The notes below the pieces were generated by a model. It was not told where the DNA came from and searched no databases. It worked only from the letters and a program-made list of their open reading frames with translations. Shown piece by piece: positions 17,372 to 29,227 of a stretch of DNA of 41,901 nucleotides; the stretch's first letter is position 1, and the number at the start of each line of letters is the position of its first letter. Source of the DNA: an uncultured Acidaminococcales bacterium (lineage in GTDB: Bacteria > Bacillota > Negativicutes > Acidaminococcales > Acidaminococcaceae); the NCBI GenBank assembly GCA_964439485.1, contig CAYTOV010000004.1:1-41901 (forward strand), written 5' to 3'. Both the position numbers and the translations under genes were made by a program.

Positions 17372-18452
17372 AATTTTGATTTCCGGTTATTATGGTTTTT
17401 CGAACGCCGGTGATGAAGCAATGTTGACAGCCATTATCGAGGCTCTGCGTGCTGAACGGCAAGATGTCGAAATTACTGTTATGTCCGGCAAACCGGAAAT
17501 CACAGCGGAAAAACACGGAGTAAATTCGATTCACAGGTTTAATCCTTTGCAAATATTCAAAGCAATGTTGAGTGCGGACTTGCTTTTATCCGGCGGCGGC
17601 AGTCTCCTGCAGGATGTCACGAGCAAACGCAGCATTCTCTATTACTTAAGCATTCTGTTGATGGCAAAGCTATTGGGAAAAAAGGTCATGCTCTATGCAC
17701 AAGGTATTGGCCCGATAAACTCTTCTGTCGCACGCAGTTTGACAAAATACGTCTGCAGAAAAGCAGACCTCATCACGGTAAGAGATGATGGCTCCTACGA
17801 TGAATTGCTGGAAATGGGGCTATCGGCTGACAGGATACTGGTTACTGCTGATGCCGTCTTTTCATTGGTTGCCGATCGAAAAGATATTGGCAGAAAGATT
17901 CTTCAGGAAAATGGTCTGGAGGGCGGTAAACCAATTATAGGTATTGCTGTCAGACATTGGCCCGGAGAGCAAAGATTCATGCATGTGTTTGCCGAGGCAG
18001 CTTTTAAGCTGCGTAAACAATATGATGCCTATATTGTTTTTGTGCCTTTACAGTTCCCGTCTGACACGAAAATTGCTAAGGAAATTGCACTTTTGATGGA
18101 AGACCAGACGGATACCATTATTCTTGAAGAGGGATATACTACAGAAGAATATGTTTCTCTTATCAGTAATCTTGACCTTTTGATAGGTATGAGGCTGCAT
18201 GCACTAGTTTTTTCCGCACTGGCAGGCGTACCGTTTTTAGCTGTTTCCTATGACCCAAAGGTTGATCGTTTTGTCAAAGGAATGGAAGGAACTGTTGCTG
18301 GCAGCATAGACAAGATAACCAGCGAAGATATCTTGCTTGAAAGTGCAAGAATGTGGCAGCGTGTGCCACAGAAGCAGAACGCCAAAATACAAGCCTTACG
18401 CGAGGAAGCGCAGCGAAATGCTGCTCGTGCGGTTGGCTTGTTAAAAAAATGA
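17364..18452 (+). CDS. csaB: Polysaccharide pyruvyl transferase CsaB
   Basis: MSKILISGYYGFSNAGDEAML... is the typical CsaB N-terminus. The length is about 360 aa. Confidence 0.8.
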   Translation: MSKILISGYYGFSNAGDEAMLTAIIEALRAERQDVEITVMSGKPEITAEKHGVNSIHRFNPLQIFKAMLSADLLLSGGGSLLQDVTSKRSILYYLSILLMAKLLGKKVMLYAQGIGPINSSVARSLTKYVCRKADLITVRDDGSYDELLEMGLSADRILVTADAVFSLVADRKDIGRKILQENGLEGGKPIIGIAVRHWPGEQRFMHVFAEAAFKLRKQYDAYIVFVPLQFPSDTKIAKEIALLMEDQTDTIILEEGYTTEEYVSLISNLDLLIGMRLHALVFSALAGVPFLAVSYDPKVDRFVKGMEGTVAGSIDKITSEDILLESARMWQRVPQKQNAKIQALREEAQRNAARAVGLLKK

Positions 18453-18473
18453 TAAAATGAAGGAGGCCTTGCC

Positions 18474-19166
18474 TTGCTATTAATGAGTGGTGTCAGTAAA
18501 ACCTATCGTAATGGTTCAGTGGCTTTAAAAAATATTGATTTGCATATAAAGCCCGGCGAGTTTGTCTTTATAGTTGGGCCTAGTGGCGCAGGTAAGTCCA
18601 CCTTTATCAAAATGCTATTCAAAGAAGTATTGCCTACTACCGGTAAAATTTATGTTGACGGTGTCGATGTCCTGGCTTTGACTGATAAGGAAGTTCCTTT
18701 TTTGCGAAGACAGTTGGGTATTATTTTTCAGGATTACCGTCTTTTACCTGACCGCACTGTTTATGACAACGTTGCTTTTGCTATGCAGGTTATTGAATCT
18801 CCAGCGGTGAAGACAAGACGGCGTGTTATGACAGTTTTAGAACTTGTTGGCCTGAAAAACCGTGCCAATGCTTATCCGGCGGAGCTATCAGGTGGCGAGC
18901 AGCAGAGAATAGCTATTGCCCGGGCAATTGTTAATGATCCTATCATGGTAATTGCAGATGAACCTACGGGTAATCTTGATCCGGAAACGAGTAAAGATAT
19001 CATGCGTATTTTTACCGGCATCAATGAAAGTGGTACGACAATAGTAATGGCAACACATGACAAAGAAATTGTAGATGCCATGGGTAAACGCGTAATTGCA
19101 ATAGAAAATGGCGTAATCGTCAGAGATGATGCCAAGGGAGTTTACGGATATGAGTCTGAGCACTAA
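18474..19166 (+). CDS. ftsE: Cell-division ABC ATPase FtsE
   Basis: The start is TTG with RBS AGGAGG. The motifs are GPSGAGKST, LSGGEQQR and ADEPTGNLD. Confidence 0.9.
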   Translation: MLLMSGVSKTYRNGSVALKNIDLHIKPGEFVFIVGPSGAGKSTFIKMLFKEVLPTTGKIYVDGVDVLALTDKEVPFLRRQLGIIFQDYRLLPDRTVYDNVAFAMQVIESPAVKTRRRVMTVLELVGLKNRANAYPAELSGGEQQRIAIARAIVNDPIMVIADEPTGNLDPETSKDIMRIFTGINESGTTIVMATHDKEIVDAMGKRVIAIENGVIVRDDAKGVYGYESEH

Positions 19167-20037
19167 AGAATATTTTGTCAGGGAAACTTTTAAGTCAATA
19201 AAACGCAATCAGCTGATGAGTCTTGCCTCAGTTTCAACCGTAGCGTTGTCGCTGCTTGTTCTCGGCATTTTTATGGTTATGGTTTTTAATACTAATCATG
19301 TTGCCAAGTTTTTAGAGACGCAGGTTCAGATTTCGGTATATATGGCAGATTCAGCTAGCTCTGAAACGCTGAAAGCTACTGAAAAAACACTGAAGGCATT
19401 GCCTGGTGTTACAAGCGTAAAGAATATAACTAAGGATGAAGCTTTAGAGAGATTCAAGGATCGATTGGGCAGCCAGAGTAATCTGCTTGATTTTATGGGT
19501 GATGAAAATCCTTTCCCCTATTCTTTTGAAGTCCATGTTGATAAACCTGAACGTATCAGCGAACTGGCACCTAAAATTGACGACCTTAATGGTGTTGAGA
19601 CTGCCAAATTCGGACAGGAAGTTGTCGAGAATATCTTCAGACTGACAAAGATAATGAGAGTTGGCGGCATATTGCTTGTTCTATTGTTAGCCATGGCTAC
19701 TCTCTTTATTATTGTTAACACGATACGTATTACCGTTTTTGCCCGCCGCAGGGAAGTAACGATAATGAAATATGTTGGTGCTACTGACTGGTTCATTCGT
19801 TGGCCGTTTTTGTTGGAAGGGATGTTCCTGGGTTTTACAGGAGCTTTAGTTGCTACGCTTATTATTAATCAGGTATATGGTGCTATCTTAAACAGTGTGC
19901 ACGCAACTCTTGCTTTTTTCCCGCTTCTTCCTACCTGGCCGCTATTGTTGTATATAGATATTACGCTGATAGTTATTGGTACGGCTATCGGGGCTGCAGG
20001 CAGCAGCATATCTCTGCGTAAATTTTTAAAGGTTTAA
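19150..20037 (+). CDS. ftsX: Cell-division permease-like protein FtsX
   Basis: The start is MSLSTKEYFVRETFKSIKRN. It has one TM, an extracellular loop domain and three C-terminal TMs. It overlaps ftsE by 17 nt. Confidence 0.88.
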   Translation: MSLSTKEYFVRETFKSIKRNQLMSLASVSTVALSLLVLGIFMVMVFNTNHVAKFLETQVQISVYMADSASSETLKATEKTLKALPGVTSVKNITKDEALERFKDRLGSQSNLLDFMGDENPFPYSFEVHVDKPERISELAPKIDDLNGVETAKFGQEVVENIFRLTKIMRVGGILLVLLLAMATLFIIVNTIRITVFARRREVTIMKYVGATDWFIRWPFLLEGMFLGFTGALVATLIINQVYGAILNSVHATLAFFPLLPTWPLLLYIDITLIVIGTAIGAAGSSISLRKFLKV

Positions 20038-20051
20038 TGTCGGAGGCATCT

Positions 20052-21188
20052 ATGTTGAAGAAAGATATAATAGCTGTGTTTTTGGCCGCAACATTTTTTC
20101 TTAATCTTGTTGCGCCTGTTGGTGCAGCATCAATAGAAGATAAACAAGCTGAATTGGAAAGTATTCAACAACAGCTTTATAACAAAGATGTGGAACGTGA
20201 AAATGCCAAGCAGGTTGTCGCTTCGGCAACAGACAAACTTCTTGAGGCGCAGTCCCAGCTCAGCGAAGCGCAGCATGAGCTTGCTACGGTTGAAGAAGAA
20301 CGCGAAGATCTGGAAGATAAGATTTCAAACAATACTGTAGCTTTGGACAGAAAAAAAGAACAGGTTGATAAACGTGTTGCTGTTTATCGCGGACGTTTGA
20401 AAGATATTTACATTAACGGACAGATTAATTATCTTGATGTTTTGTTAGGTGCAAAAGATTTTTCGGATTTTTCTTCGCGTATGTATTTGTTAAAAAAGAT
20501 TATTGCCAATGATGTTTCCTTGCTAGCCGACTTGAAAAAGAAAAAAGCAGAGCTGGAAGCAGCTCAGGAAGTCTTGGCAAGCAATATGGCCAGGGTTAAG
20601 ACTGTACATAGTGAAGTATCCTCTAAGCAGCAGTTGGTTGCTCAAAAAACAATGGAACGTGAATCAGCCTATAACGACGCCGTATCTGAACAGAGCCGCC
20701 TGGATGAGGAATACAATGAATTGATGGAAACTTCGCAGCGCATAGCTGATATGATTCGTAATCTGGAAAGCGGCGGTACTATCTCGTCTGCAAGCAGGGG
20801 ATCAGGCGCCTTTGTCTGGCCTATTTATGGCGAAATTACTTCTCCTTTTGGCTGGCGCACACATCCGATTTTTGGTACGCAGAAATTCCATTCCGGCCTT
20901 GATATCGCAGCAGATTATGGTGATCCGGTTGTTGCTGCTAATTCCGGCACAGTAATCTATGCTGACTGGATGGGCGGCTATGGTAATGCTGTGATGATCG
21001 ACCATGGCGGCGGCTTGGTTACTTTGTATGGACACAACTCCAGCCTTGCTGTTTATAATGGCCAGCAAGTGTCAAAAGGCCAGACGATTGCTTATGCAGG
21101 CAGCACTGGTTATTCTACAGGACCGCATTGTCATTTTGAAGTGCGTATTCATGGTGAAGTAACAGATCCAATGAATTACTTACCATAA
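20052..21188 (+). CDS. Coiled-coil M23 (LytM) peptidoglycan endopeptidase/activator, EnvC/PcsB-like
   Basis: The RBS GGAGG is at 20042-20046. There is a signal peptide, a ~200-aa coiled-coil region, and a C-terminal M23 domain with HSGLDIAA and HCHFEV metal ligands. Confidence 0.85.
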   Translation: MLKKDIIAVFLAATFFLNLVAPVGAASIEDKQAELESIQQQLYNKDVERENAKQVVASATDKLLEAQSQLSEAQHELATVEEEREDLEDKISNNTVALDRKKEQVDKRVAVYRGRLKDIYINGQINYLDVLLGAKDFSDFSSRMYLLKKIIANDVSLLADLKKKKAELEAAQEVLASNMARVKTVHSEVSSKQQLVAQKTMERESAYNDAVSEQSRLDEEYNELMETSQRIADMIRNLESGGTISSASRGSGAFVWPIYGEITSPFGWRTHPIFGTQKFHSGLDIAADYGDPVVAANSGTVIYADWMGGYGNAVMIDHGGGLVTLYGHNSSLAVYNGQQVSKGQTIAYAGSTGYSTGPHCHFEVRIHGEVTDPMNYLP

Positions 21189-21206
21189 AAATGGGGGAGC
21201 CTGAGC

Positions 21207-22355
21207 ATGTTAAAGAAAAGATTTAGTATCGTTACAGTTGTAATCGCTTGCATTTGCTCCTGCGGCCTGGTTATTGGCGCACTTCTTTATGGGCTGCAGT
21301 CTGTAACGGGCAGCTTACCTGGGACCTTTAAATTCATGAGAGCACTTTCTATAGTTCGCAGCAGCTTTATCGAATCCGTTGATTATAACAAGCTGTATGA
21401 AGGTGCTATTAAAGGTATGGTTAATGCTTTAGGTGATCCTTATTCTGTCTATCTTGATGAGGAAAGTTTCAAATCATTAGTCACGAGCACTGAAGGACAT
21501 TTTGGTGGCATTGGTGTTGTCATCGGCATGAAGGACAATAATTTTGTTGTGATTGCGCCGCTTAAGGGAACGCCAGGTGACAGAGCTGGCATAAAAAGTG
21601 GGGATAAGATAACCGCCATTGACAGCAAAAAAACTGCCGGACAGACATTAGAAGACGTGGTTGCGCAAATTCGTGGTAAAGAAGGAACTACTGTCGAAAT
21701 TGAGTTAAAAACTGTTGCCGGTGAAGTAAAGACAGTACGAGTAATCAGGTCGGACATCAAACTGGAAACCGTTGCCGGCGAAATGAAAAATAATAAAATA
21801 GGCTACATACGGATAGGTATGTTTAATGAAAATACCGGATCTGATTTTATTAAAAAGTTTCATGAGCTTGAAGGTCAAGGTATGGAAGGCTTAGTGCTCG
21901 ATTTAAGAGATAATCCCGGGGGCCTACTTGGTGAAAGCGTCAAAGTGGCAGAGCTGATGGTACCTAAAGGGCCGATTGTTTCTGTGACGGAAAGAAGCGG
22001 TAAAAGCGTTACCGAATATTCCAGCCTTGAAAAGACAAAATATCCTGTGGCAGTAATTGTTAACCAAGGGACAGCAAGTGCTGCCGAAATTGTTGCAGGT
22101 GCTTTGCAGGATACAAAGGCAGGGAAACTTTTTGGAACTAAAACTTTTGGCAAAGGTTCTGTGCAGGCTGTCAGCAATCTTGATGAAAGCACTGGTATGA
22201 AATTAACAATAGCCCGCTACTATACACCTAGTGGCCGTTCAATCAATGGCACAGGGATAGAACCGGACGTGGTGATTGAGGCAGCTGGTGAAACCGGTGA
22301 GAATCAGTTAACCGAAGCAATTAGTTATTTAGAAAAAGAGCTTGTAAAAAAATAA
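21207..22355 (+). CDS. ctpA: S41 carboxy-terminal processing protease
   Basis: There is an N-terminal TM, a PDZ domain (GDRAGIKSGDKI), and the S41 motifs GTASAAEIVAGALQD and TFGKGSVQ. Confidence 0.88.
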   Translation: MLKKRFSIVTVVIACICSCGLVIGALLYGLQSVTGSLPGTFKFMRALSIVRSSFIESVDYNKLYEGAIKGMVNALGDPYSVYLDEESFKSLVTSTEGHFGGIGVVIGMKDNNFVVIAPLKGTPGDRAGIKSGDKITAIDSKKTAGQTLEDVVAQIRGKEGTTVEIELKTVAGEVKTVRVIRSDIKLETVAGEMKNNKIGYIRIGMFNENTGSDFIKKFHELEGQGMEGLVLDLRDNPGGLLGESVKVAELMVPKGPIVSVTERSGKSVTEYSSLEKTKYPVAVIVNQGTASAAEIVAGALQDTKAGKLFGTKTFGKGSVQAVSNLDESTGMKLTIARYYTPSGRSINGTGIEPDVVIEAAGETGENQLTEAISYLEKELVKK

Positions 22356-22394
22356 TTTAAAGGGCGTCTGCATTTAATGCGGACGCCCTTTAAA
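22356..22394 (+). terminator. Long hairpin terminator after ctpA
   Basis: TTTAAAGGGCGTCTGCA/TGCGGACGCCCTTTAAA is a 17-bp stem with one G-U pair and no separate T-run. Confidence 0.6.
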
Positions 22395-22428
22395 TATCAC
22401 CACAATTCTATGAAAGAGAAAGAAAAAA

Positions 22429-22437
22429 TGCTATAAT
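22429..22437 (+). promoter_or_regulatory. Candidate extended -10 element for uvrB
   Basis: TGcTATAAT, with no good -35. Confidence 0.3.
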
Positions 22438-22476
22438 TAATCTCAATTGAGAAACTTTATTATTACGGAGAATAAA

Positions 22477-24489
22477 ATGGAATTTAACATTAAAGCACCC
22501 TTTGAACCGGCAGGCGACCAGCCAGAGGCCATTGAAAAGCTTATCAGTGGTATTGAAAATGGAGCAAGAACACAAGTTCTTATCGGAGCAACTGGTACTG
22601 GTAAAACATATACCATTGCCCAAGTCATAAATAAAGTGAGAAAACCGACATTGGTTATTGCTCACAACAAGACATTAGCCGCGCAACTGGCAAGCGAATT
22701 CAAGGCCTTTTTCCCAGAGAACGCGGTAGAATATTTTGTTTCCTACTATGATTATTACCAGCCGGAGGCATATATTCCGCAGACAGATACGTATATTGAG
22801 AAGGATGCTTCTATTAATGACGAAATAGATAAACTGCGCCATTCCGCAACCAGTGCTCTTTTTGAAAGACGCGACGTGATAGTTGTTGCCAGTGTTTCCT
22901 GCATTTATGGCTTAGGCGCGCCGCAGGATTATTATGATATGGTGCTTTCATTGCGGGTGGGACAGCAAATAGATCGTCAGGTTATTTTGAAGAAACTTGT
23001 CGAAATACAATACAGTCGCAATGATATTGCGTTCCAACGCGGTACTTTCCGCGTAAGAGGTGACGTGATCGAGGTCATACCAGCAGGGTTTAATGAAAAA
23101 GCGATTCGTATCGAAATGTTTGATGATGAAGTAGAAAACCTGCTGGAAGTAGATTTGCTGACTGGCGAGATCTTAGCAAGGCGAACGCACGCTGCCATTT
23201 TTCCGGCTTCCCATTATGTCACTTCCAGGGATAACCTTGTAAGGGCAATGGAGGATATCAAGCAGGAGCTGGCAGAAAGACTTGAGGAATTAAAGGCACA
23301 GAACAAGCTCTTAGAAGCGCAGCGTTTAGAACAGCGTACTAATTATGACTTGGAAATGATGAATGAAATGGGCTATTGCTCAGGCATAGAGAACTACTCG
23401 CGCCATTTAGCCAAACGTAAAGCGGGGGAACCAGCTTTTACGCTGGTCAACTACTTCCCGAAAGACTTTCTTTTAGTAATTGATGAATCCCATGTAACTT
23501 TACCTCAAATCAGGGCAATGTATGCCGGTGACCGTTCCCGTAAAGCTATGCTTATCGAACACGGTTTCCGCCTTCCTTCTGCTTTCGATAACAGACCACT
23601 GACATTTGATGAATTTCAGGAACAGCGTGATCAGGCAATTTATGTTTCGGCTACGCCGGGAAAATATGAGCTTGCAGAAACGGACAATATTGTGGAACAG
23701 ATTATCCGACCTACAGGTTTGATAGACCCTATGATTGAAATTCGGCCAATTAAAGGGCAAATTGACGATTTGCTTGGAGAAATTAACAAGGTAGCTGCAG
23801 CAGGTGAAAGAATTTTGGTCACTACGCTGACCAAGCGTATGTCCGAAGATCTGACAGAATACCTGAAGAAGGCTGGCGTCAGAGTTCGCTATCTGCATTC
23901 GGAAATAGTTACAATTGAGCGCGCTGAAATAATTCATGCTTTACGCGCTGGTGAATTCGATGTTTTGGTCGGAATTAACCTTTTACGTGAGGGCCTTGAT
24001 TTACCGGAGGTTTCCCTGATTGCTATTCTGGACGCAGATAAAGAAGGCTTTCTGCGTTCTGATACGGCAATGATTCAGACAATTGGCCGTGCGGCACGTA
24101 ATGTTAATGGCCGCGTCATTATGTATGCTGACCGGATGACGGATTCGATGCAAAGAGCCATTGACGAGACAGACAGGCGCCGTGCCAAACAGGAAGCCCA
24201 CAATTTAAAATATGGTATTGTTCCGCAGACTATCAAAAAACAAGTGCGTGAGCTGATCAAGCTGACGAAAGTCAATGAAGAAAATACCAGTATTAATTAT
24301 TCTGTCAAGGAGATCAAAAAACAATCAGAGAAGGAACTTAGCAAACTGGCCAAAGAGCTGGAGAAAAATATGGCTGCAGCGGCTAAAGAATTAGATTTTG
24401 AAAGAGCCGCGGAATATAGGGACCGCCTGATAATTGTTAAAGGGGAGCTTGGACAGAAATTATTGCCTAAAAGCAACAGGAGAAAATAG
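22477..24489 (+). CDS. uvrB: Excinuclease ABC subunit B
   Basis: The start is [16 protein letters not shown], with GATGTGKT and the C-terminal UVR domain ([14 protein letters not shown]). The ORF-track start at 22447 is an over-extension. Confidence 0.93.
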   Translation: MEFNIKAPFEPAGDQPEAIEKLISGIENGARTQVLIGATGTGKTYTIAQVINKVRKPTLVIAHNKTLAAQLASEFKAFFPENAVEYFVSYYDYYQPEAYIPQTDTYIEKDASINDEIDKLRHSATSALFERRDVIVVASVSCIYGLGAPQDYYDMVLSLRVGQQIDRQVILKKLVEIQYSRNDIAFQRGTFRVRGDVIEVIPAGFNEKAIRIEMFDDEVENLLEVDLLTGEILARRTHAAIFPASHYVTSRDNLVRAMEDIKQELAERLEELKAQNKLLEAQRLEQRTNYDLEMMNEMGYCSGIENYSRHLAKRKAGEPAFTLVNYFPKDFLLVIDESHVTLPQIRAMYAGDRSRKAMLIEHGFRLPSAFDNRPLTFDEFQEQRDQAIYVSATPGKYELAETDNIVEQIIRPTGLIDPMIEIRPIKGQIDDLLGEINKVAAAGERILVTTLTKRMSEDLTEYLKKAGVRVRYLHSEIVTIERAEIIHALRAGEFDVLVGINLLREGLDLPEVSLIAILDADKEGFLRSDTAMIQTIGRAARNVNGRVIMYADRMTDSMQRAIDETDRRRAKQEAHNLKYGIVPQTIKKQVRELIKLTKVNEENTSINYSVKEIKKQSEKELSKLAKELEKNMAAAAKELDFERAAEYRDRLIIVKGELGQKLLPKSNRRK

Positions 24490-27333
24490 ATGAAAGAAAA
24501 AATAATTGTCAAAGGCGCACGCCAACATAACCTAAAAAATATTACAGTGGAAATACCACGTGACGAGTTAGTAGTAATAACAGGACTCTCCGGTTCAGGT
24601 AAATCATCATTAGCTTTTGATACAATTTATGCGGAAGGGCAGCGTCGCTATGTAGAATCATTGTCGGCTTATGCCAGGCAGTTCCTTGGACAGATGGATA
24701 AGCCTGATGTTGATTATATAGAGGGTTTATCTCCGGCAATTTCCATTGACCAGAAAACAACCAGCCATAATCCGCGTTCCACCGTCGGTACTGTTACTGA
24801 AGTTTATGATTACCTGCGCTTGCTTTTTGCCAGAGCAGGCGTACCACATTGTCCGAAATGCGGTAAGGTAATTGAAAGGCAAACTGTCGAACAAATCGTT
24901 GATAAAGTACTGGCAATGGAGGAGGGAACCAAATTCATGGTTCTTGCTCCACTAGTCAGAGGGCGTAAGGGCGAGCATCAGAAAATGCTGGAAAACATGG
25001 CAAAAGCCGGCTATGTGCGTGTGCGCGTAGATGGAGAAGTAAGGACTCTTGACGAAGAAATTGTGTTGGATAAAAAGAAAAAACATGATATCGCCGTTGT
25101 TATTGACCGTTTGGCTGTCAGAAAAAGTATCACACAAAGATTGGCAGATTCTGTGGAAACCGCTTTAGGGTTAGCCGAAGGGCTTGTCGAAATCGAGGTT
25201 ATCGGTGGCAATACTTTAATGTTCAGCGAGCATTTTGCCTGCAGCGATTGTGATATCAATTTGCCGGAAATTGAACCGAGGCTGTTTTCTTTTAACAATC
25301 CTTACGGCGCGTGCCCGGTTTGCACTGGCCTGGGCATGAAGCTGGAAATTGATTTGCGGCTTGTTATACCTGATGGCAGCAAAACTTTCGCTCAGGGTGT
25401 AATAGCGGCAGTCAGCAATAACGTTAATTCTTATTTCATGAAACAAGTTGCCGCAGTATTAGAAAAATTTAATTTTACCTTAGATGTAACCTGGAATGAA
25501 TTGCCGGAGAAATTGCAGCAGATACTTCTTTATGGCAGTGGGAATGAAAAATTTGCTTTTCTCTATGAAAATTTACAAGGGGAAATACGGCATCATGAAA
25601 CAGCTTTTGAAGGTATCATTCCTTTGCTGGAAAGACGTCACAGAGAGGCTATGTCAGAGAGTATGCGCCTTGATATTGAAAGCTTCATGGCCAGCACTCC
25701 TTGTCCTGAATGTCATGGCAAAAGGTTAAAACCGGAGGCTTTGGCGGTTCTTATCGGCGGCAAAAACATCTGCGATGTAACATCACTGACCGTCAGAGAC
25801 TGTATAAAATTTTTTGACACGCTGGAATTGACAGAGAGACAGCAAATTATTGCGCGTCAGATTTTAAAGGAAATTCTTGCCAGACTGCATTTTCTTAATG
25901 ATGTTGGCCTCGACTACCTCTCTCTTGACCGCGCCTCCGGCAGTTTATCCGGCGGTGAGGCACAGCGTATCAGGCTGGCGACGCAGATTGGGTCAGGTTT
26001 GGTCGGCGTTCTCTATATACTTGATGAACCTAGTATTGGTTTGCATCAGCGCGACAATGGCAAACTCCTGGAAACGCTGAAGCACTTGCGGGATTTGGGT
26101 AATACTTTGATTGTTGTCGAACATGATGAAGAAACAATGTATGCGGCTGACCAGATCATTGACATTGGACCCGGTGCCGGTGAAAATGGCGGCCATGTCG
26201 TAGCTCAGGGAACTGTGGAAGAGATTAAGAAAAATGCCAAATCTATTACAGGGCAGTATCTGAGCGGTAGAAAATTTATTGCGGTACCTAAAGAACGTCG
26301 TCAGGGCAACGGCAATTTCCTGACTGTTAAAGGCGCGAGTGCCAATAATCTGAAAAACATTGATGTTGCTTTCCCGCTTGGTGTTTTGACAGTTGTCACA
26401 GGTGTTTCCGGCTCAGGCAAAAGCACTTTGGTTAACGATATCCTTTATAATGCGCTTGCTTCCAAACTACACGGAACACGCCTTCGTGCAGCTGAGCATG
26501 AGGCGATTCTTGGCTTGGAGAATGTCGATAAGGTAATTAATATTGACCAGTCGCCGATAGGGCGCACACCAAGGTCAAACCCTGCTACCTATACTGGTGT
26601 TTTTGACTTCATCCGTGAATTGTTCAGTAATAGTAATGAAGCAAAGATGCGAGGCTATAAGCCGGGCCGCTTCAGCTTTAATGTGAAGGGCGGCAGATGT
26701 GAAGCCTGCCGTGGTGATGGCATGAACAAGATAGAGATGCACTTTTTACCGGATGTTTATGTGCCCTGTGAGGTTTGCAGCGGTTCCCGGTATAATAGAG
26801 AAACCTTGGAAGTGCATTACAAAGGAAAAAATATTGCTCAAGTGCTGGATATGACTGTTTCAGAGGCTTGTGAGTTTTTTAAAAATTTGCCGCGTATTCA
26901 TCGCAAAATGGAAGTGCTTGAGGATGTTGGCTTGGGTTATATAAGACTGGGTCAGGCTGCTACTACACTTTCCGGCGGCGAGGCACAGCGTGTTAAATTG
27001 GCAACGGAACTTTCACGCCGCAGTACCGGCAAAACTATCTATATCTTGGACGAGCCGACTACCGGTCTGCATACTGCTGATGTGCACAAGCTGTTGGAGG
27101 TCTTGCAGCGTTTGGTTGAGGCTGGTGACACGGTTGTTGTTATTGAGCATAATCTTGATGTAATCAAGACTGCTGATTACATCATAGATCTTGGACCTGA
27201 AGGCGGCGACAAAGGTGGAACGCTTGTTGCAACAGGCACACCGGAAGAAGTGGCAAAAAGCAAAAAGTCTTATACCGCGGTGTATATCAAGCAGGTTCTG
27301 GATGCAGCAGCTAAGAATGGGTGGACGGAATGA
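24490..27333 (+). CDS. uvrA: Excinuclease ABC subunit A
   Basis: 947 aa with two ABC modules ([18 protein letters not shown]) and zinc-finger Cys clusters. It starts directly after the uvrB stop. Confidence 0.95.
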   Translation: MKEKIIVKGARQHNLKNITVEIPRDELVVITGLSGSGKSSLAFDTIYAEGQRRYVESLSAYARQFLGQMDKPDVDYIEGLSPAISIDQKTTSHNPRSTVGTVTEVYDYLRLLFARAGVPHCPKCGKVIERQTVEQIVDKVLAMEEGTKFMVLAPLVRGRKGEHQKMLENMAKAGYVRVRVDGEVRTLDEEIVLDKKKKHDIAVVIDRLAVRKSITQRLADSVETALGLAEGLVEIEVIGGNTLMFSEHFACSDCDINLPEIEPRLFSFNNPYGACPVCTGLGMKLEIDLRLVIPDGSKTFAQGVIAAVSNNVNSYFMKQVAAVLEKFNFTLDVTWNELPEKLQQILLYGSGNEKFAFLYENLQGEIRHHETAFEGIIPLLERRHREAMSESMRLDIESFMASTPCPECHGKRLKPEALAVLIGGKNICDVTSLTVRDCIKFFDTLELTERQQIIARQILKEILARLHFLNDVGLDYLSLDRASGSLSGGEAQRIRLATQIGSGLVGVLYILDEPSIGLHQRDNGKLLETLKHLRDLGNTLIVVEHDEETMYAADQIIDIGPGAGENGGHVVAQGTVEEIKKNAKSITGQYLSGRKFIAVPKERRQGNGNFLTVKGASANNLKNIDVAFPLGVLTVVTGVSGSGKSTLVNDILYNALASKLHGTRLRAAEHEAILGLENVDKVINIDQSPIGRTPRSNPATYTGVFDFIRELFSNSNEAKMRGYKPGRFSFNVKGGRCEACRGDGMNKIEMHFLPDVYVPCEVCSGSRYNRETLEVHYKGKNIAQVLDMTVSEACEFFKNLPRIHRKMEVLEDVGLGYIRLGQAATTLSGGEAQRVKLATELSRRSTGKTIYILDEPTTGLHTADVHKLLEVLQRLVEAGDTVVVIEHNLDVIKTADYIIDLGPEGGDKGGTLVATGTPEEVAKSKKSYTAVYIKQVLDAAAKNGWTE

Positions 27334-29156
27334 ATGAGAAAATTTCTCGGGCATTAGCGGTTTTACCTGACAGACCTGGTGTCTATCTTATGCGTGATGA
27401 CAAAGGTAAGATCATCTATGTAGGTAAGGCTGTTGTTCTGAAGAACAGGGTCCGCAGTTATTTCAGGAATCTGGCAGCGCATACGCCAAAAGTAAAAGCC
27501 ATGGTTGCCAAGATTGATGATTTTGAAACCATTGTTACTGATAACGAGCTGGAGGCACTGATCCTCGAATGTAATCTTATTAAGGAACACCGTCCTCGCT
27601 ACAATATAAGCCTCAAAGATGATAAAAGTTACCCGTATCTGAAAGTTACGGTCCAGGAACAGTATCCGCGGATTTATGTCACCAGAAGAGTTTTGCGTGA
27701 TGGCGCCAAGTATTATGGCCCTTATGCGGATGCAGGAGCTCTACATGCCACAGTGAAATTGATCAGAGAAATGTTTCCGTTGAGAAATTGCCGCAAAATG
27801 AATCCGGACAGGCCATGTCTGCAATATCATATTAAACGTTGTCTGGCTCCTTGTGCAGGCTATATCAGTCCTGAAGATTACGGCAAAATGATCAAAGCTG
27901 TCCTTATGATCGTGGAAGGCCGCACCAATGATGTGGTCAAGGAGCTCAAACAGCGTATGAATGAAGCTGCTGAGACCTATCATTTTGAAGAAGCTGCCCG
28001 TCTTCGTGACCAACTCCATGCAGTAGGAAGGCTTAATGAACAGCAGAAAGCAGTTACTGGCGGTGGCGATCAGGACGCAATTGCTCTTGCCAGCGATGCG
28101 ACAGGTGCCTGCCTGCAGATTTTCTTCATACGCAGCGGCAAGCTGGTAGGGAGGGACAGTTATTTCTTCAGTACTGAAAATAATGAAACTGAGGAAGAAA
28201 TAATCACTGCTTTTCTTAAACAGTATTATTTTGACGCAACTTTTATTCCCCGAGAAATTCTTCTGCCTGTTTTGCCGGAAAAGGAAGAACTGGATATTTT
28301 GACTGAATGGTTATCCGAAAAAGCAAAAAGAAAAGTTGAGCTGCTGAAACCACAGAAAGGTTTGAAATACGACCTATTGAAAATGGTTGCGGAAAATGCC
28401 GAAAAGAATTTAGCAGAAAGGCTCCGCAAAGGTCAGATTTCCTTGAAGAGTGAAGAGCAGGCGGCTGAAGATCTTCGCCTTGCCTTACATTTACCGCAAA
28501 CTTTGGAAAGAATGGACTGCTTTGATATTTCGCATACGCAGGGCAGTGAGACGGTTGCCTCTATGGTCGTTTTCCGTAATGGCAAACCGAGCAAGCAAGA
28601 TTATCGAAGATACAAGATTCGTTCAACAGAAGGCAAGCCTGATGATTTTAAATCAATGCAGGAAGTTGTTTATCGGCGCTATCGTGATATCAAAGATTTG
28701 CCTAGCCTGGTTATTATTGATGGCGGCAAAGGACAGCTTAGCTCAGCGCTTGAAGTTATCAGAGGACTGGGTCTGCATGAACTGCCTGTCATTGGCCTCG
28801 CTAAGAGAGAAGAAGAAATATTTGTAGAAGGCGCGCATGAAAGTATCATGCTTTCCAAGGATTCTGATGCCTTAAAACTTATTCAGCGTATCAGGGACGA
28901 AGCACATCGCTTTGCGATAACCTATCACCGCAAGTTGCGTGGCAAAAGAAATCTTGTCTCCATTCTTGATCATATCGAGGGTATTGGGCCAAAGAGAAGA
29001 GAAGCTTTATGGAAGCATTTTGGTTCGCTCGAAGCAATCAAGACAGCTGAAACGGAAGATTTGGCAGGCGTAGCAGGTATGAATAAAGCGAGTGCCCAAA
29101 AGATTTATGATTTCTTTCGCATGGACTTAGAGGCAAAAAGAGAAACTATTTTGTAA
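27330..29156 (+). CDS. uvrC: Excinuclease ABC subunit C
   Basis: The start forms an ATGA overlap with the uvrA stop. It has a GIY-YIG domain ([19 protein letters not shown]), a UVR domain and a C-terminal HhH2 domain. Confidence 0.93.
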   Translation: MNEKISRALAVLPDRPGVYLMRDDKGKIIYVGKAVVLKNRVRSYFRNLAAHTPKVKAMVAKIDDFETIVTDNELEALILECNLIKEHRPRYNISLKDDKSYPYLKVTVQEQYPRIYVTRRVLRDGAKYYGPYADAGALHATVKLIREMFPLRNCRKMNPDRPCLQYHIKRCLAPCAGYISPEDYGKMIKAVLMIVEGRTNDVVKELKQRMNEAAETYHFEEAARLRDQLHAVGRLNEQQKAVTGGGDQDAIALASDATGACLQIFFIRSGKLVGRDSYFFSTENNETEEEIITAFLKQYYFDATFIPREILLPVLPEKEELDILTEWLSEKAKRKVELLKPQKGLKYDLLKMVAENAEKNLAERLRKGQISLKSEEQAAEDLRLALHLPQTLERMDCFDISHTQGSETVASMVVFRNGKPSKQDYRRYKIRSTEGKPDDFKSMQEVVYRRYRDIKDLPSLVIIDGGKGQLSSALEVIRGLGLHELPVIGLAKREEEIFVEGAHESIMLSKDSDALKLIQRIRDEAHRFAITYHRKLRGKRNLVSILDHIEGIGPKRREALWKHFGSLEAIKTAETEDLAGVAGMNKASAQKIYDFFRMDLEAKRETIL

Positions 29157-29166
29157 TGATAATTAA

Positions 29167-29195
29167 TTGCGAATACATATGCATTATGTTATAAT
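29167..29195 (+). promoter_or_regulatory. Promoter of the rubredoxin gene
   Basis: TTGCGA (29167-29172), a 17-nt spacer, then TGtTATAAT (29187-29195). Confidence 0.6.
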
Positions 29196-29227
29196 AACCA
29201 CGAAGTTCTTTAAAAGGAGTTGACCTT

